Below are positions 55,606-64,000 of a stretch of DNA of 64,000 nt, piece by piece (within the stretch, counting starts at the first letter, position 1; every line of letters starts with the position of its first letter). The stretch is taken from NCBI GenBank assembly GCA_951406725.2, contig OX597816.1, positions 84,878,001-84,942,000 of the forward strand, given 5' to 3'. The notes under the pieces are model-generated. The model worked only from the letters and a program-made list of their open reading frames with translations. It searched no databases and was not told the origin of the DNA. Origin of the DNA: Octopus vulgaris. Lineage: Eukaryota. The position numbers and the translations under genes were made by a program.

Positions 55606-56006
55606 GCTGTAATATTATAGCAGCTGGTATTAGACTCAAGCGAATGTGTTCAATGACAGTTCAGGTTTTCAAAAGTTGGCTGAACGTAGAAAAAAATAGC
55701 ACATTCTCTTTAACTCATTACAAGTGATTTGAATTGAAACAATGATGTAGGCACGAAATTTGGACAATAAATGCAGGCATTTTTAATACGGAGAAAGCCC
55801 TCCTAGCACTAATTCAGTGTATCTGAGAAAACAAAGGCGTAACACACCTAAAATTTACCCTGTCAAAGGTAAATGCATGATGATTATCTGCTGATGCCTA
55901 AGTTAGCAACAACTTTGATAACTTATCTAAAACGAATGAAACAAAACATGCGAAATACAAGCAAATACCTGCAGCCATATAATAGTTATACTCGCACTGA
56001 GAACAA

Positions 56007-56220
56007 TATCCTTACTATTAAAGGCACAAGGCCTGAAATTCTGGCGGCGAGGATCAGTGATCGCATCGACCCAGTGTTTCACTGATACTTAATTTATCGA
56101 CCCCGAAAGGATGAAAGACAAATTCGATCTCGGCCGCGTTTGAAATCAGAATGTAAAGACGGATGGAATCTCTGTAAGCATTCTGTCCGGCGTGCTAACG
56201 ATTCTCCCAAGTCACCGCTT
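56007..56220 (-). mobile_element. SINE family 3 monomer, tail B type
   Basis: Tail AATTTCAGGCCTTGTGCCTTTAATAG. Diverged 15-bp TSD TCG(C/T)ACTG..AACAA (55992-56006, 56221-56235). Confidence 0.9.
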
Positions 56221-57377
56221 TCGTACTGTAAACAACAGAATTGTATTTTTATTCGGGATCATTTAGCTGATCTTACATTTATGAATTAAATTTGCCAATG
56301 CCTTTCCGAATAATATAAGGTATTAGAAAAGCAACTTGGATCCTGAATGTGCCACATAATAGCTTCTGAACTCGGTCAGTAGAAACGATAATTTAATAGT
56401 CACACATTAAATATTCATGTACAAATAAAGACCAAAAGTTTGAGTAGATAATTTCTTCATATGTCTACTGTAACCTTATTGTGAACAATAAAATTTGAAG
56501 AAGAAAGCTACTGAAATTCTTATAAACAAACTACATAATTGGAAGAACTACAGTATATCGACTGTTATCCGGCTGAAAATAAATGCTCCAAGTCAATGGC
56601 ACAGTACTCGAAAAATTCCAAAAGAAAATGTTAAAATACAATTCACTGGAACAAGAATATTGCAAACAAATTTGTACTCTTTATCGTCGAACTTTTGATA
56701 ACGGTATAAGATTGTAAATGAGCCGTATGTTAAAAGTGTGAATATGCCTGCTAACTGCCCTTCTTATCAAACAACTAAAATATTGTGTTGTTTGCCTTAC
56801 TTCTTTATTGCAGAATCACCTTGCAAACAACAGTATTATAACATCTCAGAAGACTTGGGAAAAATGGAAATATAGGGACGTGGAGATATGCTACATATTT
56901 TCAAAATGACATAAGAACGGAGCTCTCAAAGGGAAGATTCAGAATTATGGAAGTGTTAACTGCAACATCATTCTTTTCATAACTGAGAAAAATGCAAATA
57001 ACATCTTCATGTTTTGCAGCTGTTCAGCACCGTGAGTGCAAGATCGTAGAGTAGAGTAATTTTTTAACTTTCTCGAATCCCAAAGTGACAGGTTTTCTTC
57101 TCCGTGTAAGAAAGAAAACTTGTTTATTTCTTAATTCTCAGATGAATAGAGACACATAACTAAAAGTGGAGAAGTTTCGAGAACTTGTCAAAATTCATAT
57201 AAATTTGTTCTTGTATATCTTAGTTATTCATTTCTGACAGTAAATACACACACACACAAAAACAAGAAAGCGTATATATAAAGTTCTAAAGGCAATAAGT
57301 TCAAATCCTGCCGATATTGACTTTTTCTTGAATTCAGATGTTGATAAAGTAATACCGAAGTAACTGAGGGGAAGGGG

Positions 57378-57428
<51 letters not shown>

Positions 57429-58142
57429 GCATTAGAAAAAGGAGATGATTGGATTACTAGCATCATAGTGAATGCTGCAAACAACACGCATTGGTATGGA
57501 ATCATGCAACTGACTACGTCTATCAGCTGCAAACCGTAGAATCTTTAATACAGGTCTTTACAGTTCACGACAACAGAAATTTCGGTCATCGGGGTTTCAT
57601 TCACTGTAGGCAACTGTAGAAATCATTTATTGTTTTCGCTACGTCTTTGTTCATTTGAAAATTCTATGAGCAACCTCTTTGTAATAGTCTTTTGGATTGT
57701 AGAATATTTCAAGATGCAAATCTTTTTCCCCCTTTTTAAGGACCAGAAAAATTCATGCATCAACTGTATCAACTGATCTTCTGGTAAATGAAAAATTCCC
57801 TGGAGAAGAGTTAACTTGACATTGAATTAGTTTAGTAATTTATCTTAAGACTAGAATTTTGCGTGCGTAGCGAAAGAAACCATTCGAATCAATTTTATCC
57901 GCTCGACACAAATTTTGTTGTTTGTTACTCCACCTCATTGGTGCCTTTCCCCTATCTCCAATGTCATTTAATTTAATATTTCTCAGCGGCCTTTGTGTGC
58001 ATGTCGAATAGATGAGTGAGCTTTATAGGAATATACAAACGTTTCCTCTAGAGGTTTTACCAGTCTGGATACAGAGTGATATGTTATTTTAATTGAATGC
58101 TTGCGAGAAGTAAGTTGACAATTTTCAATATTTCTTTATAGA

Positions 58143-58346
58143 AAGGCGGCACTCTGGCAGAATCGTTACTGCGATGGACAAAAGGTTTAGCGTAATTTCT
58201 TCCGACTTTACATTTTGTGTACAACTGCCGCCGAGATCGGCTTTGCTTTCCTTCTTTCGAGGTGAAGAAAATAAATACCAATTCTGCGCTGGGGCCAATG
58301 TAATCGGCTCCTTCAAAATTGCAGGCCTGGTGCCAAGATTTGAAAC
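58143..58346 (+). mobile_element. SINE family 3 monomer, tail B type, diverged
   Basis: GGCGGCACTCTGGCAGAATCGTT head and AAATTGCAGGCCTGGTGCC tail. 17-bp TSD CAATATTTCTTTATAGA (58126-58142, 58347-58363). Confidence 0.9.
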
Positions 58347-58949
58347 CAATATTTCTTTATAGAGAACTTCTCCAGTTATGGTATTCAATATTGTTAACCC
58401 AGTATATGCTTCAATACTTCTCATTCGATTTTGTATAAAATTTACAATTTTATACATTGCAAGTTTAGATTGTTATGCCATTAACATTATTCAAAACTGG
58501 TAGCCCCATCATTTTCTAATATAAAAAAATGAAAATGTAATACAACACAGTATGTCCGATTTCATTTATTTTTAACAGTGGTTAAGTGGAATACAAAGCG
58601 TTTTGCTTGTTGGCCATTAGATCTAGCTTAGGCTTGATCAAGGAAACTTATGATCAAAGAAATTCCAATTGGGGTAATTCCATCTTTCTCGTGAATTAAT
58701 GAATTCAGGACATATTAAACAATATGCCATAATTTCGTTGCTCAGAAGCAACTTCTGAGCAAAAACTTTTTCCGAATGTCCTGAAGAATAGATCTTCACA
58801 GCGAAATATATAAATACATGTTAAAATTGAAACTTAGTTGTTTGCTTTTCAATTTGTAGTTTACTTTGTACCTTCTCGCATTGTTCCGCCTTTACACAAC
58901 TACATTCTTTAAAATTATACCTCATAACGTTTCACAAACACTACCTCAT

Positions 58950-58963
58950 TATATATGTATATA

Positions 58964-59031
<68 letters not shown>

Positions 59032-59112
59032 CATACATATAGATACATTGAAAGATAGATAGATAGATCGATAGGAAGTTAGATAGACAGACAGACAGAT
59101 AGATAGATATAT
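58950..59112. repeat. (TA)n/(GATA)n microsatellites
   Basis: Directly visible. Confidence 0.9.
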
Positions 59113-61055
59113 AACGATGTTAACCATTAAATTTTCTTTTACCGACACCACGCTTCTCGCTGTCTTTCCTATTCCCTAAGTCACTGTTATGAACAATATA
59201 ATACATATATACATAAATCCGTGTCCCTCGCTCGGTGTTTCTTTGTGTTTCTTTTCTCCAGCTTAGCGCATTTCTTACTGTACTATTTTAATACTTTTAC
59301 ACTCATGTACAGAAAGAACATTAAAAATTATAGCAAATTTCTAAAGGGCTTCAGTCATAAATGTTTAAAAAAAAATGTAATAACAATAATGATGATGATG
59401 ATGATAGAATAACCATAAAAATAAAAATATGCGCCCGAAAGAACTGTTGCATACACAGAGTAAATTATATACCGGTTCTGGGTGTTGTATTCATTTATTA
59501 TTTTTAAAGTATTCTGGGGACGATTATTTTGGGCCGTTAAAATTGATAATTAGACATTAAAATCTAATGACTTTATTTTTTGCCTTACTTTCTATTATTA
59601 TTTAAACAAAAGGATTATATTTTAGCTTGAAATTTTCTTGTTTATATATATTTTAAACATTTTCAATATAATACTTTTCTGTTTAAATATTGTTATTTTT
59701 TGTTAAATATTATTAGCCTTATAATTATTATCTCCATCAAGTTTTGTTTTCTTACTTTTTCGTTGTTCTTTGTTAAAATTCTAGAAAATGTAAAAATGTA
59801 TATTTTATTTGAAAGCAAAGACGATAAGAAAATATTTTTAAAAATTCCATAACTCATAAAAAATAATATGAATATACAATAAAATAGATATTAAAAATGT
59901 ATATAACGATTTTTAAAAATTAGAAAACATGAAAATAAATATAAGATTTTTTTCTCCTATTAAAATAGAAACACTTTTTTTAATGTTGTTTCGCATCGCT
60001 TTCTTTCAGTTTTTTGAGCCCTTACAGCCAGTCAAGAAAATTATCTTTATATTGATATTGTTATTTCTATTATTACTGTTATTAAAATGGCGATGGATTA
60101 TTATTGTTATAATTATTTTTTATCAGTATCATCGGCATTATCATTATCTTTATAAACATAACCATCGACGTTATCATCACTACCATTATTATCGTTATTA
60201 CAATCATAGTCTTAATAATCTTCATCATCTTCATTACTATCATAAATATCACTATCCTCACCATCATTATTCTCATTATTCCACCATTGATTTTTCTTTT
60301 CAGTTTTATATTTAAAAATTTTTCATTTTAACCTTCTATATTTTTCGGAAGGAAGTGAAAGAAATTTATGAATCGAATTTAAAAAGCGTTTTGTTTCTTT
60401 TTTATTATATCTAATGCAATTACTAATTTTATTAGAAGTTTTCTATAAAATAATATATTCCTAAAATAAACTGTAAAAATATATAGTCAAAGAAAATTAA
60501 AATCAACAACAACACTTTTTTAAACTACCCATTGAAGTCACTCAATTAGAACAAGACAAAATGGCCTTGTTAAGGTAATTACACGAGTCTCAGTACTTAA
60601 GCGTTCAAAATTCAGCTCACTCGACGACGAAAATTAATGTTATAATAGGAACACAGCCAATAGAGTTGAAGCCAACTATCAAAGGAGATAAAAGCTGAAC
60701 ATTGAAATATGAATTTACTATTATATACTCTCCTAAATACCAAACGAAACCACTTGAAAAGATATTTTCAGGAGTGTTCTACCGGAGAAAACAAACATAC
60801 AAACATACTCATATCGTTATTATAGCCATATGTTGTGAAAGTTGTTTTATATTAAAGCTATTATACACAAGTGACCATCCCGCCTGTTTTTGAGATACAA
60901 TGTATCTGTTCATCCTTTTTTTGTTTACAAAATGAGTAGTGTTTGATATGGGGATTTGGCTTCTATTATTGTCAGGTTGACTGCATAAAAGAATAAATTT
61001 TAAATTTTAATTGTTGATTCGCCTAAACGTATGTCTGAATCTACTGATATGTATG

Positions 61056-61105
<50 letters not shown>

Positions 61106-61329
61106 CACACATATATATATAGGTACGTGAGTGTGTGCATATATACCTATATGTGTGTATGTATGTGCGTGCGTGCATGTATTCATGCAGCTAGAAACGT
61201 TCATATACACTTTTTAGCATAGCATTGTAACAAACGAATAAAATATCTTTTAATTGGCCACACTTGGCTACACTAAATTGGTTACACCGAATTGGCTATT
61301 TGTCATGGCGTATATTGCTATATTGCTAT

Positions 61330-61700
61330 TTAATTTTTTTGGATAAACATAAGGACTATCCGTATGGTAAAATTTGGATGCAGTCAAGGTTGTCTGTAGG
61401 CGGCCAGTTTGCACAGCCTTCAGAATGTACGGTAAGTTTCTTTAAGATAATCGTACCAGTACCCGCTTTCCGAGTTTAAACATCTCTGTGTGTTTTTTCT
61501 GGGAAGACTGGGTTGTGGTCAGTTCTGGAGAGGAAAGGGCATCACGCAATTTAACAATAACATGCTGTATATTACGGCGCCGTTCCTTCGACTCCTGCAA
61601 GGTGTTGAGGAAAGACAAGAATATCTGTATATGTGGCCACAATACTATCCTTGGTGGGAAAACTTCTTCATAATTGCTCTCCCTAAAATATTAATTTCTT
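61330..61700 (-). mobile_element. Possible decayed Penelope-like fragment
   Basis: Minus strand ACAACCCAG...AAACACACAGAGATGTTT and TGGCCGCC resemble 35711-35742 and 35912-35920 of the PLE at 35225. Confidence 0.35.
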
Positions 61701-62026
61701 TGAAATATTTTCAAGCTATGAAGGAGAGAGGCAATCATTTTGATGCTGCTTTATTCAAAAGGTATGCTCATTTATTAGAAAGCCCAGAAATTGTAATGGT
61801 ATTGAAGCTTTTAGTGTAAATGCTAATATTTGTAATTTTATTTAAGCAAGATTCAATCTCTAAGTAAATAACACCTATTTGTAGATGAGTGTGTGTGTGG
61901 CACGATTCATTTTCATTGTGTGTGTACGTATTACATAATACAAAAGAGCGTGTTACGTAATTTCCTGTTAAATTTTGTAGCCAATCAGAATGCAATGCCT
62001 TCACCACTTCCTCCTCTTCTTCCTTT

Positions 62027-62115
62027 TACTACTACTACTACTACTACTACTGCTGCTGCTGGTACAATTACTACTACTATTAACACCACCTCCACCACCA
62101 CCACCATCCGCCACT

Positions 62116-62165
<50 letters not shown>

Positions 62166-62220
62166 AGCTGCGGCTGCTGTTTCTAATGCTGCTAGTACTA
62201 CAATTACGATTACTACTACT
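62027..62220. repeat. (CTA)n/(CCA)n/(CTG)n trinucleotide repeats
   Basis: Directly visible. Confidence 0.95.
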
Positions 62221-62826
62221 AAAAATTTAATATAACAGACAACTGATTTCAAAGAAAAATTACATTGAGACAGACATCCATATATGGGTATACATATATA
62301 CATATATAAACATATACATTCGCTCATATGCATATATACACACATAAAAATGAAAAATATTCAAAAAAAGAACAAGACTAATTGAGCAGAGGATATTAGA
62401 GAACTTAAGCAAACAAATAAAATTTTATTAGAAATATGAGAAAATTTCAACGTCGACTCCATTGGTTTCACGTAACCTGCTGAGTTATCCTTATTTCTTT
62501 CCAGAATATTTCGGATTTTTACGGTAATTTATAGACACTGTGTATTTATATATATATATTTATATAATATGATATACGTAAACAAGAGAATGCGTACACA
62601 CACACACACAAAAGACACACATATATGCATATTTACACGTGTATATATACATATACACAAGCGTATATACATACATAGACAGCCGTGATAATTATCTCCA
62701 TTTTGAATGAGAGTTTACATGACGTTACATGAGGTTACACGAAACTGAACGGAATTTCGAAATAACTACACAGATCAATGGAAGTAACTTGTAAGAATAC
62801 CTTAACCGTTATCTCCTTGGAGTTAG

Positions 62827-63246
62827 TTTTACTCTTTTTTACTCTTTTACTTGTTTCAGTCATTTGATTGTAACCATGCTGGAGCACCGCGTTTAGTCGA
62901 GCAAATCGCCCCCAGGACGTATTCTTTGTAAGCCTAGAACTTATTCTATCGGTCTCTCTTGCCGAACCGCTAAGTTACGGGGACGTAAACACACCACAAT
63001 CGGTAGTCAAGCGATGTTGGGGGGACAAACACAGACACACAAACATATACACACGCACGTACATATATATACATACATATATACGACGGGTTTCTTTCAG
63101 TTTCCGTCTACCAAATCCACTCACAAGGATTTGGTCGGCCCGAGGCCATAGTAGAAGACACTTGCCCAAAGTGCCACGCAGTGGGACTGAACCCGGAACC
63201 ATGTGATTTGTAAGCAAGCTACTTACCACACAGCCACTCCTACGCC
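62827..63246 (-). mobile_element. Full-length tRNA-derived SINE family 1 (CORE-like)
   Basis: Head GGCGTAGGAGTGGCTGTGTGGTAAG, B box GGTTCAGTCCC, CORE-like TTTGGGCAAGTGTCTT and internal microsatellite. Matches 34231-34660. Confidence 0.95.
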
Positions 63247-63289
63247 TTCTGCATGTCTGTTTTCCTTCTCGTGATCTTGGTCACTCTCT

Positions 63290-63900
63290 TGTAACGGGGA
63301 ATATTTTCATCCAAAATGCAGATGATTGCCAATACTTTCATGTGACTCGTTGAACAAATGTAAAAATTTGTTCACAAGAATCCATTGGTTGCATTGTTAA
63401 CCCACAAATAAGGAATATTTAAGTACTAAAGCGAGGCTGCAGACTCCTTCATCCTTAACTTGCCGAAGGTCTGTCTCAAAAATGTTTTTGTATAAGAATA
63501 AACTTGTACAGCGAATATGGTGAGTGGGGCTTAGTTTCCAATCAAAACTGCTCCGGCCTTTGGAATGTCATCCTCGCTCTATGTCACTAAGCATTATTCT
63601 GATGGAATATCACCTTTCGTCTTGAAACGAAAGACGTTAGTTTTTCTTCTGCGCATGTTGCTGAAGTTTACTCGCAGTGGATCTTTGTTATCGTTTGGTT
63701 TGGGTTTAAAAGTTTAAAGTGGATTAAAGCTTTCATATCTCACTAAACAGATAACAACAACCTACGTGGGTGAATACCTTCTTTAGCCTGGGTTACCGGT
63801 GTTTGTCATTTCTCTATCCACTGTCTTCGGCTTTTGACATTTTTATAGAGAATACCTTTCTCGTCACCACTCACTAATCGTGAGACCTGACTGCAAAGAT
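63290..63900 (+). mobile_element. Decayed Penelope-like RT/GIY-YIG remnant
   Basis: Motif remnants in the expected order: NADDC (63316), NPQI, ECHPRSMSLSII (S-x-HP-like) and TTYVGE (63760). Confidence 0.5.
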
Positions 63901-64000
63901 GAGCACATATTCACTCTCTGTACGCGATTAGACTCGGAAACTTTGTGACCAACCCAGTGATCCAATTTTCTGCTTTTACAGATGGCACACATGTGTCAAT

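Noticed and set aside
59929-60315. 128-aa His/Tyr-rich ORF with hydrophobic stretch
   Set aside because: It derives from degenerate (ATT)/(CAT) repeats in very AT-rich DNA, with no splice or domain support.
63960-64000. Acceptor-like TTTTCTGCTTTTACAG followed by ATG at the window edge
   Set aside because: Only 19 nt follow and it adjoins a decayed PLE remnant, so it cannot be evaluated.

Overview
This window is AT-rich, repeat-saturated eukaryotic DNA. Its repeat repertoire strongly resembles an octopus/cephalopod intron or intergenic region, which is my inference rather than a database result. I found no intact host protein-coding gene, rRNA, real tRNA or CRISPR array. Almost every ORF in the supplied track is either translated microsatellite or a piece of a dead transposon. 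DNA transposons: four full-length (~1.27-1.29 kb) but pseudogenised mariner (DD34D) elements with TIRs and TA target duplications, several truncated, rearranged or MITE-like derivatives, and two maT/DD37D-like remnants. Retroelements: at least four tRNA-derived SINE families (several copies with clean 11-17 bp TSDs), an R4/Dong-type LINE RT remnant and 3' ends sitting in (AAT)n tracts, a Hero-like LINE 3' end, and many Penelope-like fragments next to (TA)n tracts, some with hammerhead-ribozyme-like cores. There is also a Helitron-like repeat remnant and very dense micro- and minisatellites. The most unusual structure occurs twice independently: a composite SINE, head-[core+tail A]x2-[core+tail B], inside a single 16-bp TSD, with all joints at one self-complementary site. 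It may be a multimeric master element or SINE-into-SINE site-specific insertion. A few isolated splice-site pairs could be micro-exons of a gene with very long introns, but the sequence alone cannot confirm them.
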